DNA of 64,000 nt from an uncultured candidate division Zixibacteria bacterium (GCA_963801605.1 CAWDFP010000006.1:1152001-1216000), one strand, 5' to 3'. Shown: positions 19,640-30,903, numbered from the stretch's first letter. Notes: generated from the letters alone by a model not told the origin. Numbers and translations: made by a program.

Positions 19640-21316
19640 ATGGACTTTACCCGCCCCGGAAAAACTATTCGAAATCTGAAGCGCTATAGAGAGATCACAG
19701 CAGTGTTGATCGAATATGGCTTTGGCGAGATTGTGGCCCGTTTAAATCTCTATACCGCTTATCGTATTGGACGGCGCGTTTTCCGTCGAATGCCTCCTCC
19801 GGAAATGTCATACGCCGTGAGAATCAGAAAAGCGCTCGAAGAGCTTGGGCCTACATTTATCAAACTTGGCCAGGTTCTTTCGATGAGGCCGTTTCTGATT
19901 CCATCCGAGTTGGTGATCGAACTTAGTAAACTCCAGGATAGGGCCGCTCCTCTGGCTCCTGAGGTGGCTATCGCGGCCATTGAAGCTAATCTGGGCAAAT
20001 CCGTATCTGAGGCCTTTTTACAGTTCGATCCTGTTCCGATCGCCTCGGCCTCTCTTTCACAAGTGCATTATGCCACCCTCCTTGATGGGACCGCAGTGGT
20101 AGTTAAAATCCAAAGGCCCGGCATTAAGAGAGTGATAGATTCCGATATGATAATCTTGCGGGATATAGCATCTCTGCTGGAGAGGCATGTTCCCGAAAGC
20201 CGTCAATATGAGCCGATTGGTTTGGTTGATGAGCTTGCCAAATCGACTCGAAGGGAAATCAATTTTCTATACGAGGGACGTAATATCGAAATATTCGCCC
20301 GTAATTTCAAAGACGATCCCCGCATATATATTCCCCGAGTTTTTTGGAATTATACTACCCGGTATATGCTAACTATGGACCGAATCGATGGCATTAAAAT
20401 AACCGATATTGAGGCTCTTCGTACTGCGGGAATCGATCCTTTAGCGGTTTGTCGAAGCGGCGGAGATATGGTTTTTAAAATGGTTTTCGATGATGGTTTC
20501 TTCCATGCCGATCCCCATCCCGGAAACCTATTTGTGACATCCAGCGGACGGATAGCCCCTGTGGATTATGGCATGGTGGGTATCATGTCAAACACCCAAA
20601 TGGAACAAACCGCCGAACTTCTGGGGGCTATTGTAAACAACGACCCCGCGTTGGTGGTTTATTCATTTAAAAAGGCAGGGGTTCTTCCGGAGGATATTAG
20701 CGAGGCGGTCCTGGAATCCGATGTCAGCGAACTTATAACCCGCTACTACAGGATTCCACTTGCTGAACTCGACATGGCCACAATTTCCGATGAGTTTTTC
20801 GAAATTGCACATCGACATAAAATAAAGGTGCAATCTGAATTTATGGTTTTCGGAAAAGCCTTGGTAACCTATGAGGAGGTGGCACGCCAACTCGATCCGA
20901 CCTACGATTTTATCGAAAGTGCCGCGCCTTTTGTGCAAAAGATGGCTCTTCGACGATATAGCGCTAAACGTTTAAAACGCGATGCCGTGATGGCTGTTTC
21001 GGAATTTCATGATCTAATTACAAAATTGCCGGAAGAACTTAGCGAATTCACCAATAAGCTTAATAAGGGCAAGATCAGAGTTGGGCTCAACGTGCATGGC
21101 CTGGAGCGCTTGATACTTGAACTTGATAAATCATCAAACAGGCTCTCTTTTGCCCTGATAATAGCCGCTATTATAGTGGGCTCGTCCATGATAATGACCA
21201 TAAATGTGGGTTTGAAAATTTACGGTGTCCCGGCCTTGGGGCTTCTGGGTTATCTCTTCGCAGGCATTCTGGGGGCGGGTCTTGCCATTTCCATTCTTCG
21301 ATCCGGCAAATTATAG
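19640..21316 (+). CDS. ubiB: UbiB/AarF/ABC1 atypical kinase
   Basis: LGPTFIKLGQ, ASASLSQVH, VKIQRP, FFHADPHPGN, DYGMVG; C-terminal TMs. Confidence 0.9.
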   Translation: MDFTRPGKTIRNLKRYREITAVLIEYGFGEIVARLNLYTAYRIGRRVFRRMPPPEMSYAVRIRKALEELGPTFIKLGQVLSMRPFLIPSELVIELSKLQDRAAPLAPEVAIAAIEANLGKSVSEAFLQFDPVPIASASLSQVHYATLLDGTAVVVKIQRPGIKRVIDSDMIILRDIASLLERHVPESRQYEPIGLVDELAKSTRREINFLYEGRNIEIFARNFKDDPRIYIPRVFWNYTTRYMLTMDRIDGIKITDIEALRTAGIDPLAVCRSGGDMVFKMVFDDGFFHADPHPGNLFVTSSGRIAPVDYGMVGIMSNTQMEQTAELLGAIVNNDPALVVYSFKKAGVLPEDISEAVLESDVSELITRYYRIPLAELDMATISDEFFEIAHRHKIKVQSEFMVFGKALVTYEEVARQLDPTYDFIESAAPFVQKMALRRYSAKRLKRDAVMAVSEFHDLITKLPEELSEFTNKLNKGKIRVGLNVHGLERLILELDKSSNRLSFALIIAAIIVGSSMIMTINVGLKIYGVPALGLLGYLFAGILGAGLAISILRSGKL

Positions 21317-21402
21317 ATAGCATTTAGTTTGGCGGAAACTCAATTAATCTTGACTGGTTATAATCAATACGTATATTTTGGCTGGATGAGGATTATTGAG
21401 AC

Positions 21403-22434
21403 ATGACATTTACGAATTTATCTGAACGCGAAAAGCAGATACTCAAGGCTCTTATCGATCATTATATCGCATCGGCTGAGCCGGTTGGGTCATCTGTTCT
21501 GGCCCAAAAATGCGGATTGAATTTATCATCGGCTACGATCCGGAATATTATCAAAGTTCTCGAGGAGCAGGAGCTGGTAAAACAGCCCCATACTTCAGCA
21601 GGGAGAATCCCGACCACGCTGGGATATCGCCTGTATGTCGATTTTCTGCTTCGTCCGGAGAAACTGACCAAAACCGATAAGGAAAAAATCCAGAACAATA
21701 TCAGTATGGAATTTGCGGGGATTGAACAGATTCTCGAACAAACCTCCCGGGTTCTCGGTAACGTCTCTCATCAGCTGGGTGTTACCATCTCACCGCGTTT
21801 CGAATCGGGGGTCCTGACCCGTTTGGAGCTTATACCGGTGGCTGATCGAAGAGTAATGGTGATCCTGGCCATGAAATCGGGGTTAGCCCGCACCATTCTA
21901 CTTGAGGTCGAAACGGAGCTTCGAGAAAAAGGCTTGATGGAAACATCAGCGATTCTGAATGAACGTCTCTGCGGTTTGACGATCGGCGAAATAAAGAACA
22001 CTATAAAGGAGCGGCTGGCCACGCCCACCAGCGGCGATCCGCACCTTATTAAAATGTTTATTGAATCTTCGGATGAGCTTCTCAAATTTAATGATGAGGT
22101 CGATGTTCATTTTGGCGGGACTCGCTATATATTAAGCCAGCCGGAGTTTCAGAATCCCGTTAAGATCAGGGAGTTATTCGATCTTATCGAGGAACGACAA
22201 GCTGTGTATAATCTGGTTTCCAGCGCCGGTGCTGACGGCACGGCTGTGGTCGTCGGCGTCAAGAGTGCCAGGGGCGCCTCGGCTGAGGAATTATCGCTGC
22301 TATCGGCCACTTATCAGGCCGGGCGATTCAAAGGAGTTTTAGGTATCATCGGGCCTACACGGATGCCCTATTCCAGATTGCTGGGAATCGTGGATTATAC
22401 AGCCAAGAGATTATCCGAAGTTTTATCAGAGTAG
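21403..22434 (+). CDS. hrcA: Heat-inducible transcription repressor HrcA
   Basis: EPVGS, SSATIRN, PHTSAGRIPT, GIIGPTRMPY. Confidence 0.95.
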   Translation: MTFTNLSEREKQILKALIDHYIASAEPVGSSVLAQKCGLNLSSATIRNIIKVLEEQELVKQPHTSAGRIPTTLGYRLYVDFLLRPEKLTKTDKEKIQNNISMEFAGIEQILEQTSRVLGNVSHQLGVTISPRFESGVLTRLELIPVADRRVMVILAMKSGLARTILLEVETELREKGLMETSAILNERLCGLTIGEIKNTIKERLATPTSGDPHLIKMFIESSDELLKFNDEVDVHFGGTRYILSQPEFQNPVKIRELFDLIEERQAVYNLVSSAGADGTAVVVGVKSARGASAEELSLLSATYQAGRFKGVLGIIGPTRMPYSRLLGIVDYTAKRLSEVLSE

Positions 22435-22493
22435 TTGCTTGACAATTCAGACTCATTGTAGTAAAAACATAAAGTATTGTAATAGGTTTTAAG

Positions 22494-23009
22494 GTGGCAA
22501 AGAAATTACACCCCGCGGCCGAGTTAGCCGCTTACAAAACAGGTCAAGAGAAAACACCCCCCTGCGCGGAATTGGAAGATCGGTATCTGCGTTTGGCGGC
22601 GGAGTTTGATAATTATAAAAAAAGAACCGCCCGTCAATATGCCGAAATCGTTAAAAATGCCAATGAAGAGTTAATTCAGGATTTCCTTGGAGTTATCGAT
22701 GATTTCGACAGGGCATTACAAACCGCGGCTACGGCCGAAGGCCAAAATCAACAGGCTGGCAAAGACAACTTCATCGAGGGGATGAAGATGATCTATGACA
22801 AGCTAATGGCAGTTTTGAAAAGCCGGGGCGTGGTTCAGTTTGACGGTATGGGTCAGCCATTTGATCCGCAATACCACGATGCTGTCATGCAGCTCCCATC
22901 GGATGCCGATGAGGGGACAGTTATCGGAGTCATTTCGCCGGGCTATATGCTGAATGATAAAGTTATCCGACACGTTAAAGTCATCGTAGCATCTTCAAAA
23001 AAAGAATAA
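22494..23009 (+). CDS. grpE: Nucleotide exchange factor GrpE
   Basis: YLRLAAEFDNYKKR, FDPQYHDAV, GYMLNDKVIRH; start uncertain. Confidence 0.93.
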   Translation: MAKKLHPAAELAAYKTGQEKTPPCAELEDRYLRLAAEFDNYKKRTARQYAEIVKNANEELIQDFLGVIDDFDRALQTAATAEGQNQQAGKDNFIEGMKMIYDKLMAVLKSRGVVQFDGMGQPFDPQYHDAVMQLPSDADEGTVIGVISPGYMLNDKVIRHVKVIVASSKKE

Positions 23010-23064
23010 AGAATCGTGATTTAATACAATTTAGGTTTTAACGAATCTGGAAAGGAATGCTTCC

Positions 23065-23913
23065 ATGACCAAGGTTATTGCGGTCGTCAATCAAAAAGGG
23101 GGGGTTGGAAAAACCACCACCTGCGTAAATTTGGGCGCGGCGTTAGCTCAAAAATCGTTCAAAGTACTTCTTATCGATCTCGATCCCATGGGAAGCCTCT
23201 CGAGCTGGCTGATCGAAGAGCCATCCGAAAATGGCACCGGTACGGGAGACCTCCTGAGGGGGACTATCGGTTTTCTCGAAGCTATTAAGAAATCTGATGA
23301 ATTATCTGTCGATTTCATTCCAGCCGGAAAACATCTCAACGACATTGTTCTCATGGAAAATATCGACCCCTTCATCCTTGGCGAACGCCTGGGAAGCTGG
23401 ATTGAAAAATATGATTTTGTTGTCATTGATTGCCCCCCATCGTCGAACGTGCTGATCGCCAATGCCCTGATGGCGGCAGATTCCATCGTGATCCCAATCC
23501 AAACCGAAACTCTGCCTCTTAAGGGAGGAATCAAGTTCCTGCAATGGTTAACGGAGTTTAAGAACGAATATAATGCCAATATCAATATCATGGGAATTTT
23601 GCCGTGTATGTTTGATTCGCGCACCAGGTTGTCGGCGCAGATTCTTGATGTCATGAAGCAAAGCGAAAACCTCGGGCCGCTGGTTTTCAATACTGTGATC
23701 AGAAAAAATATCCGTTTAGCCGAGGCTCCCGGTAATCGTCGCTCAATTTTCCGTGCAGCATCCAAGAGCAACGGCGCCAATGATTACACCAGCCTGGCGC
23801 TGGAGGTGATCGAAAGATCCGGCCTAAAAGTCCCGGAAACAGCGGTTGAAAATATCCCCCCATTCATCGAGGCGGTTCAGAGCCCGGCGGAAGCAGAAAA
23901 TATAGAAATGTAA
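23065..23913 (+). CDS. ParA/Soj-family ATPase
   Basis: NQKGGVGKTT deviant Walker A, IDLDP, IDCPP, IRKNIRLAEAP. Confidence 0.9.
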   Translation: MTKVIAVVNQKGGVGKTTTCVNLGAALAQKSFKVLLIDLDPMGSLSSWLIEEPSENGTGTGDLLRGTIGFLEAIKKSDELSVDFIPAGKHLNDIVLMENIDPFILGERLGSWIEKYDFVVIDCPPSSNVLIANALMAADSIVIPIQTETLPLKGGIKFLQWLTEFKNEYNANINIMGILPCMFDSRTRLSAQILDVMKQSENLGPLVFNTVIRKNIRLAEAPGNRRSIFRAASKSNGANDYTSLALEVIERSGLKVPETAVENIPPFIEAVQSPAEAENIEM

Positions 23914-23986
23914 CCTTTAGCGCTGTTGTGGCTTACGGTAGCCGAAAGCCATGCCTAATAAGCGAATCGAGTCTTTGGTTGATCAA

Positions 23987-24208
23987 ATGAAGATTCAAAT
24001 AGAATACTGTGTACTCTGACACTATGATCCCCAGGCAGCCAGTTTGGCGAAGGCCATTGAAAACAAGTATGGTGTCAAACCGGAGCTTATAAAATCCGGA
24101 GGCGGCGCTTTCGAGGTAACTGTCGATGGCAATAAAATCTATTCAAAAAAAGAAACCGGGCGTTTCCCGGAAATTGAAGAGATTTTAAAGATCATAGGCC
24201 GGAAATAA
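23987..24208 (+). CDS. SelT/SelW/SelH (Rdx) family selenoprotein with CxxU; in-frame TGA at 24017-24019
   Basis: MKIQIEYCVL(TGA)HYDPQAASLAKAIENKYGVKPELIKSGGGAFEVTVDGNKIYSKKETGRFPEIEEILKIIGRK*; an alternative in-frame ATG lies at 23951. Confidence 0.9.
24020..24056 (+). promoter_or_regulatory. Candidate bacterial SECIS hairpin
   Basis: GCCA-GUU-UGGC apical hairpin (24038-24048), loop G about 22 nt after the UGA, extendable by ggc/gcc. Confidence 0.5.
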
Positions 24209-24300
24209 GATTTATTGGAATAAGACGGTTTTAATCGGGGAAATTTTAGAATCTCCGCATGATATTGGCCCGTTCATCGAGATTCGCTGATAATCTTAGA

Positions 24301-25248
24301 TTATATCAGTTTTCTTCGCCTGAAATGCTCGATTGATTCTTTGATGCCCGCTTTGTATGGTGTCGGAGCATATCCAAATCTTTTTTCGAATTTAGTGGAA
24401 TTGAATATATAATCGAATTCGTTCTGATAGAGCATTTCATAAGATTCTTTAATTGTTGAATCAAACAGTCCGGCAGCCTTCAACATTAATTTATTAAGAG
24501 TTGCATATTCCGCTTTTTTGCCCAGGAATTCGGCAGTTATTTTAATAAATTCCTCGCCCGTTATCGGCGGGCTGGCAGTGGGAAGATGCCAGATTTGATT
24601 GGCTGCATCCTCAGTTGTCGCTAATAGATAAAGCGCTTTTCCGCAATCGCCGGTAAAGGTAAAGGTGTGCTTCGTTTTAGCATTAACCAGCCATTGAGCT
24701 TTTTTATCCTGCGCCAATCGTTGAATCACAAGAAAGAACGGTACGCTTGTTTTTTCGGTGTAAGGTCCATAGAAATCGGCCGATCTCGCAATAAGAGCTG
24801 TAATGTTTCCGGCCTTAACTTCGGACATTAGTTGAGTGGCTATTCTGGCTCGAATTTCGCCTTTTTTGCTGGAGGGGTTATAGGGAGTCTCCTCGGTCAT
24901 CGCTCCGTTTACTTTTCCGTACATATAAACGTTATCGAAAAAGATAAGCTTCGCGCTTTTCGCCTGGCAGGCCGAAATGACGTTGCTCATTATTTTAGGC
25001 CATTGGTCCTGCCAATCGGATAATTTGTACTGAAGTCCGGCCACCAAATAGACAATTGACGATTCCTCGACAACCAGGGTAACATCATCCAGTTTAGTTA
25101 AATCAGCCTGTTGTGATTCTGCCCCGGGCCTATTACGGCCGCTTCGACCGACGAGCTTTACATTTTCATTTCTCGCAACGAGTTCATCGGCCAGTACATT
25201 TCCTATCGCCCCGCCGGCTCCCAAAATAATATGTTTGGTTTTAGTCAT
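24301..25248 (-). CDS. NAD-dependent epimerase/dehydratase (SDR-like)
   Basis: ILGAGGAIG, FFDNVYMYG, KKGEIR, RSADFYGP; RBS ggag before ATG 25248. Confidence 0.85.
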   Translation of the reverse strand: MTKTKHIILGAGGAIGNVLADELVARNENVKLVGRSGRNRPGAESQQADLTKLDDVTLVVEESSIVYLVAGLQYKLSDWQDQWPKIMSNVISACQAKSAKLIFFDNVYMYGKVNGAMTEETPYNPSSKKGEIRARIATQLMSEVKAGNITALIARSADFYGPYTEKTSVPFFLVIQRLAQDKKAQWLVNAKTKHTFTFTGDCGKALYLLATTEDAANQIWHLPTASPPITGEEFIKITAEFLGKKAEYATLNKLMLKAAGLFDSTIKESYEMLYQNEFDYIFNSTKFEKRFGYAPTPYKAGIKESIEHFRRRKLI

Positions 25249-25474
25249 GGCTAGTCTCCAGTTATGGTCGTAATTCGATGAATTGTCCGGCTTCAATATC
25301 ATGTGTAAGACGAGAAATATCAATTGTTAATTTTGATAACAAGTAAATACCCATAACTGTTTCAATAACACCGCTTGAATTTCCCTCTTCTATTTCTTAT
25401 TATTCGTTCCAATTAAGTTCTTAGGTATTGTTTAGGGCCATATTTCGGTCCCCTGATTAAAAAGGAGAGGATGA

Positions 25475-26275
25475 ATGCTAACGATGCTAAAATATGCCAT
25501 AAGCCTGCTAATCTGGGCGGCAATCGCGGCTTTGCTCCTGCTGCTTGGCAAAGTTCTTTATCTGGCATTTTGGGCAATTTTGGGTCTGGCTCTCCTTATT
25601 ATCTGGTTCGGGCACATGATCTATCATATCATCTGCTGGTTCAGCCCTCAGTTTAAGCCTATCAAACTTATCGTTCTTTTCATAGTTCTCATAGTTGTGG
25701 CAATTGTTTCTTATAAAGTATATTTACAGCCATCCTGGGATCGTTGGGGCTCAACCGATCAGGAGGTTGCCGCCAAATATAAAGCCGATGAATTTTGTCC
25801 GAATTCCGACTTGCGCGTTGTCCGCACTGTGGAGGTTAATGTTCCTCCCGAATATCTTTTCCGTTGGGTACGGCAGATGCCGGAGGCCGGTTCTTATAGT
25901 TGGGATCTGCTTGATTTCCGCGGGCGGCATAGCGTCCAGCGGTTGATCGAAGATATGCCTGATTTAAAAGAGGGAGACGCTTTTCTGATCGGCAAAGTAG
26001 TTGAGGTCAAGCGCAATAAAAGCATCACGTTCGATATTGGAAGCGATCCGAAGTTCCCCAAGCTTGGTATAAACTGCATGTATGGTGGTTATTATTTCAA
26101 CGATATGGGGCATGATAAAACCAGGGTTAGTATGGTGGTGCGAGCCGACTATGAGGGGATTTGGGGCTGGCTTTATTCTCAGGTAGTAATTGAGGTAGGC
26201 GACTTCTTTATGGCATCCAAACAGTTGTCGAATTTGAAGGGGCTTGCGGAAAAACATTTTAATGAAAAGTCATAA
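25475..26275 (+). CDS. Membrane protein with C-terminal SRPBCC-like domain
   Basis: Three N-terminal TMs, then WGSTDQE...RTVEV...WVRQM...AGSYSWD...MASKQLSNLK. Confidence 0.6.
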   Translation: MLTMLKYAISLLIWAAIAALLLLLGKVLYLAFWAILGLALLIIWFGHMIYHIICWFSPQFKPIKLIVLFIVLIVVAIVSYKVYLQPSWDRWGSTDQEVAAKYKADEFCPNSDLRVVRTVEVNVPPEYLFRWVRQMPEAGSYSWDLLDFRGRHSVQRLIEDMPDLKEGDAFLIGKVVEVKRNKSITFDIGSDPKFPKLGINCMYGGYYFNDMGHDKTRVSMVVRADYEGIWGWLYSQVVIEVGDFFMASKQLSNLKGLAEKHFNEKS

Positions 26276-26314
26276 ATTTTAGGGCTATACAGCTATAAAA
26301 ATAAGGAATTATTG

Positions 26315-26788
26315 ATGGATGGGAAAATTAATTGGAAGCCAATCTGGTGGACTTCTATAATCGTCGCTATTGCAACAATCGTCATAGGCCAGGTACTGCA
26401 ATTGATAGAGCCAAGGCTTGTTAACGAGTTCGCCCGCGCTCAATTGAAAGGCTACTTTACATCGGAGCAGTCGGTAAATTTTCCGCTGCTGTTTCTATTG
26501 GTTGAATTTATCATCACTTTTCTTATTGTTATGGTCTATCGGATGCTATTATCTCAGTTGCCATCAAATTGGATTTCACGCGGGCTTCTTGTCGGATTGG
26601 TTCTATTCGCGGTAAGTGATCTTCCATACTCGATTCTTATCGGTTATACTACCATCGCGCCGGCAGTGGTAGCATGGGGGATGTTGTTTACAGGTTTGAT
26701 CAATAAACTTATCAACGGGTGCATACTAACTTATTCATATCGAAAATTTTCCGCTGATACTCAAATTGGCGTAAAGTCGAAAGCCTGA
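26315..26788 (+). CDS. Hypothetical four-TM membrane protein
   Basis: Four hydrophobic segments; RBS aagga. Confidence 0.65.
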   Translation: MDGKINWKPIWWTSIIVAIATIVIGQVLQLIEPRLVNEFARAQLKGYFTSEQSVNFPLLFLLVEFIITFLIVMVYRMLLSQLPSNWISRGLLVGLVLFAVSDLPYSILIGYTTIAPAVVAWGMLFTGLINKLINGCILTYSYRKFSADTQIGVKSKA

Positions 26789-26843
26789 TGCCAACCAAGG
26801 GGCTTTGAACATAAATTGATCTATTTGGGAGGATAAAAATAAA

Positions 26844-28760
26844 ATGGCAAAGATAATTGGAATCGATCTGGGCACGACCAACTCTTGCGTGGCCGTTATG
26901 GAGGGTGGCGACCCTGTTGTTATCCCCAACCCTGAAGGAGGCCGTACTACACCATCGGTAGTGGGATTCACAAAGGACGGTCAGCGGCTGGTGGGGATGA
27001 TCGCCAAACGTCAGGCAATTACAAATCCTGAAAATACCGTTTTTTCAATCAAGCGTTTTATGGGACGGCGCCATTCCGAGGTGGCATCGGAGGAGAAAAT
27101 TGTACCCTACAAAGTGGTCGGCGCTCCCAATGATGATTGCCGGGTGGCAGTTTTGGGAGGGGAATATTCTCCGCCTGAAATTTCGGCCATGATCCTCCAA
27201 TATCTCAAAAAGACCGCTGAGGATTATCTGGGCGCCGAGGTCAAGCAGGCTGTTATCACTGTCCCGGCATATTTTAACGACTCTCAACGTCAAGCTACCA
27301 AGGATGCCGGTAGAATCGCAGGTCTCGATGTGCTTCGTATCATAAATGAACCAACGGCCGCATCGCTGGCTTATGGTATGGAAAAAAAGAAGGATCAGAA
27401 GGTGGCGGTATTCGATCTTGGCGGCGGGACATTCGATATCTCGATCTTAGAGCTTGGAGAAGGCGTATTCGAGGTGCGTTCAACCAACGGCGATACTCAT
27501 CTTGGCGGCGATGATTTCGATCAGCGCATCATAGATTGGATGGCTGACGAATTCAAGAAAAGCAATGGCATAGATTTAAGGCAGGATCGGATGGCTCTCC
27601 AGCGGCTCAAAGAAGCTGCCGAAAAGGCCAAGACCGAACTATCCAGTACCATGCAAGCCTCGCTTAATCTGCCTTTTATTACCGCCGATCAGAACGGCCC
27701 CAGGCATCTTGATCTGACATTAACACGCGCCAAGCTCGAGCAGCTCTGCGAGGATCTCATCGAGCGTACTGTCGGTCCCTGCCGTCAAGCGCTGGCGGAT
27801 GCCAAGCTGACGGCGTCGCAAATTGACGAGGTGATCTTAGTTGGCGGCATGACCCGTATGCCCAGAGTTCAGCAGGTAGCAAAAGAGCTATTCGGACGTG
27901 AGCCGCACAAAGGTGTCAATCCTGATGAGGTGGTGGCAATCGGAGCCGCGATTCAAGCAGGTGTTTTAGGCGGCGAGGTTAAAGATGTGCTCCTACTCGA
28001 TGTCACTCCGCTTTCGCTGGGAATCGAAACTCTGGGAGGCGTCTTCACACGTCTCATCGACCGCAATACCACGATTCCTACTCGCAAGTCGCAGGTTTTT
28101 TCAACAGCATCGGATAATCAACCGGCGGTTTCGATTCATGTTCTGCAGGGCGAACGCGACATGGCTCTTTACAATCGCACCCTGGGCAAGTTCGACCTGG
28201 TTGGCATTCCGCCGGCGCCCCGCGGCATTCCGCAAATTGAAGTCACTTTCGATATCGATGCCAATGGTATCGTAAGCGTCTCGGCCAAGGATTTGGGGAC
28301 AGGCAAGGAGCAATCGATCAAGATCGAGGCATCGTCGGGTTTATCCGATGCTGAAATTCAAAAGCTTGTCAAGGACGCCGAAGCTCATGCCTCCGAGGAT
28401 AAAAAGGCTCGTGATTTGGTGGAGGCGCGCAACAAAGCTGACGCGTCCGCCTACCAGGCCGAAAAAAGCCTCAAGGAATATGGTGATAAGATATCAGAGC
28501 CTGATCGCAACCGAATAAAAGAAGCGATCGAGAAAGTCAACAAGGCTAAAGAGCTTACTGATCCCGCTGAGATCGATAAGGCGGTTGAGGAGCTAATGCA
28601 GGCCTCGCACAAAATGGCCGAGGAAATGTACAAGCAGCAGGCTTCTCAGCAACAGGCAGGACAGCCAGGCGGCCCGCCTCCGGGACAAGAGCCTCCCGGC
28701 GGTAAAAAGCCCGATGACGGCGCCGTCGATGCCGATTTTGAAGTTGTTGACGATAAGTAG
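26844..28760 (+). CDS. dnaK: Chaperone DnaK
   Basis: [40 protein letters not shown]. Confidence 0.98.
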   Translation: MAKIIGIDLGTTNSCVAVMEGGDPVVIPNPEGGRTTPSVVGFTKDGQRLVGMIAKRQAITNPENTVFSIKRFMGRRHSEVASEEKIVPYKVVGAPNDDCRVAVLGGEYSPPEISAMILQYLKKTAEDYLGAEVKQAVITVPAYFNDSQRQATKDAGRIAGLDVLRIINEPTAASLAYGMEKKKDQKVAVFDLGGGTFDISILELGEGVFEVRSTNGDTHLGGDDFDQRIIDWMADEFKKSNGIDLRQDRMALQRLKEAAEKAKTELSSTMQASLNLPFITADQNGPRHLDLTLTRAKLEQLCEDLIERTVGPCRQALADAKLTASQIDEVILVGGMTRMPRVQQVAKELFGREPHKGVNPDEVVAIGAAIQAGVLGGEVKDVLLLDVTPLSLGIETLGGVFTRLIDRNTTIPTRKSQVFSTASDNQPAVSIHVLQGERDMALYNRTLGKFDLVGIPPAPRGIPQIEVTFDIDANGIVSVSAKDLGTGKEQSIKIEASSGLSDAEIQKLVKDAEAHASEDKKARDLVEARNKADASAYQAEKSLKEYGDKISEPDRNRIKEAIEKVNKAKELTDPAEIDKAVEELMQASHKMAEEMYKQQASQQQAGQPGGPPPGQEPPGGKKPDDGAVDADFEVVDDK

Positions 28761-28802
28761 TAAATATTTATGAGTATATCAAATCCCGATGGGATTTGCT
28801 TT

Positions 28803-28835
28803 GAATCAAGACCCCCCTCGGGTCTTGATTCTTTT
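28803..28835 (+). terminator. Terminator after dnaK
   Basis: gaatcaagaccc/gggtcttgattc 12-bp stem followed by tttt. Confidence 0.8.
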
Positions 28836-28857
28836 AGAGGGCTTAATATCCCATTAA

Positions 28858-28886
28858 TTGACTTAAACTTCAGAATAGAATATATT
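28858..28886 (+). promoter_or_regulatory. Sigma70-like promoter for dnaJ
   Basis: TTGACT-17 bp-TATATT. Confidence 0.55.
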
Positions 28887-28926
28887 TATAGTTCTGGACA
28901 GATTTAACAGTTCGGAACAGAGGAAC

Positions 28927-30081
28927 ATGGCAAAAAGAGATTATTACGAAATACTTGGCCTCGATCGCGGCGCAAATGAGGACGAGATAAAAAAAGCGTA
29001 TCGCAGGCTGGCGATCAAATATCATCCCGATAAAAATCCCGGTGATAAGGACGCGGAGGAGTCGTTCAAAGAAGCCACTGAGGCTTACGAAATCCTGAAA
29101 AGTCCGGAGAAACGTCAGATTTATGACCAGTATGGCCACGATGGGCTGCGTGGTGGAGGCGGTTTCAATGGATTCGGAGGGTTTGATATCAGCGATGCGC
29201 TTAGGGCTTTCATGCACGATTTTGGGGGATTTGGTATCGAAGACCTGTTCGGCATGGGAGGCGGTGGTGGCCAGAGACGAGGCCCCCAACGTGGGCGCGA
29301 CCTTCAAGTAACTCTCGATTTAACCTTGGAAGAGATTGCCAAAGGTGTCGAGAAAACTCTCAAGGTTAAACGTCAAATAGCCTGCGATAGCTGCGGCGGC
29401 AGCGGGGCCGAGCGCGGAAGCTCCAAACGGACTTGCCCCACCTGCGGCGGAAGCGGCCAGGTGCGCAGCGTCTCACGTTCGATATTCGGGCAGTTTGTCA
29501 ATATTCATCCCTGTTCCAAATGCGGAGGAGAGGGCCAGATAATCGACAAGAAATGCACCAAGTGTAGCGGTCATGGCCTTATCAGCGGTAGTTCTACGGT
29601 CAGTGTCAAGATTCCGGCGGGAGTGGCAGCAGGCAATTATCTTCAAGTAAAAGGCTCCGGTGATTTCGGCCCCAAAGGCGGGCCGCCCGGCGATGTGATA
29701 GTAGTTATCAACGAACTGGAACACGAGCATTTTACTCGTCACCGCGATGATATTATCTGCGAGATACCGCTTTCATTCTCACAGGCCGCCCTTGGCGCGG
29801 AGATCGAGGTTCCTACTCTCGACGGTATGACTTCGATAAAGATCCCTGCGGGCACACAATCGGGAAAGATATTTCAGCTTCGTGGTAAGGGTATCCCTCA
29901 TCTCAATAGTTTCGGGCGCGGCGATGAATTGGTGCGAGTGATAGTCTGGACCCCCGAAAAGCTATCCGATGATGAGCGCGAGATATTCCAAAAGCTGTCT
30001 AAAACGCGCGGCGATAAACCGCCCAAAACCGATAAATCGTTTTTCGAGAAGCTCCGGCAGACGCTGGGCGGGGTGAGGTAG
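28927..30081 (+). CDS. dnaJ: Chaperone DnaJ
   Basis: HPD J-domain, G/F region, four CxxCxGxG repeats. Confidence 0.98.
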   Translation: MAKRDYYEILGLDRGANEDEIKKAYRRLAIKYHPDKNPGDKDAEESFKEATEAYEILKSPEKRQIYDQYGHDGLRGGGGFNGFGGFDISDALRAFMHDFGGFGIEDLFGMGGGGGQRRGPQRGRDLQVTLDLTLEEIAKGVEKTLKVKRQIACDSCGGSGAERGSSKRTCPTCGGSGQVRSVSRSIFGQFVNIHPCSKCGGEGQIIDKKCTKCSGHGLISGSSTVSVKIPAGVAAGNYLQVKGSGDFGPKGGPPGDVIVVINELEHEHFTRHRDDIICEIPLSFSQAALGAEIEVPTLDGMTSIKIPAGTQSGKIFQLRGKGIPHLNSFGRGDELVRVIVWTPEKLSDDEREIFQKLSKTRGDKPPKTDKSFFEKLRQTLGGVR

Positions 30082-30149
30082 TTTCTCAGTTACGAGTTAT
30101 GAGTTGCAAATTAACCGGGTTGAGAAACTTTATTTCCTGGAGATAGCCC

Positions 30150-30903
30150 ATCGATAGTCACCGTCACAAATTTCATTGTTGAACCCAACCAGGTTACCGG
30201 AGAAAAGCTCACCCTAACCGGCGAGGAAGCCAAGCATCTCTCGCAGGTACTCCGTGCGAAAATCGGTGACGCCTTCTGGGCATTCGATGGTTCCGGCCTC
30301 AAATATCGAGCTGTTATAGAATCAATTAATAAAACCTCGATTACTGGAATTATCTCCAGCACCACCCGCCTTGAGAATGAACCATTCTTCAATGTCACTC
30401 TCGCCCAGGGTATCTGCCGTCCCAATAAGATGGATGAGATCGTCGAAAAGGGGACCGAAATCGGCGTCTCCGGATTCATTTTCTATTACTCCGATAAGGG
30501 ATACTCCAAACAAACCGAGGATTCACAACCCGCCAAAAAAATATCGCGTCTGATTCGGATTGCCCGCGCTGCCGCCAAGCAATCCAAAAGATCAATCATT
30601 CCATCGATAGGCGATTTAGTAACCTTTGGGAATCTACTTTGCCTTCGCAAAGATTACGACCTGGCCCTGGTGGCTCATCAGGATTCATCATCCAAATCAA
30701 TTGAACATTATCTCGAGGATACCAGCGCTATCCGAAAAATTCTGCTTCTTGTCGGCCCGGAAAGCGGCTTGTCCGAAAGCGAGATCGAGGCCTGTCTTCA
30801 TGCCGGTTTTATGCCAGTTAATCTTGGCCCCCGGCGCCTTCGCACCGAAACTGCCGCCATGATCTTTCCGGCCCTGATACTAAACCGTCTGGGAGACTTA
30901 TGA
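30150..30903 (+). CDS. rsmE: 16S rRNA m3U1498 methyltransferase RsmE (start codon appears disrupted)
   Basis: Frame open from 30124: EEAKHLSQVLR...VEKGTEIGV...AAAKQSKR...VGPESGL...LRTETA; RBS ggag at 30139 followed 7 nt later by 'atcg' (ATG plus one base). Confidence 0.9.

Noticed and set aside
26766..26794. CIRCE-like ttggc...tgccaa upstream of dnaK
   Set aside because: The inner bases and spacing do not match TTAGCACTC-N9-GAGTGCTAA.
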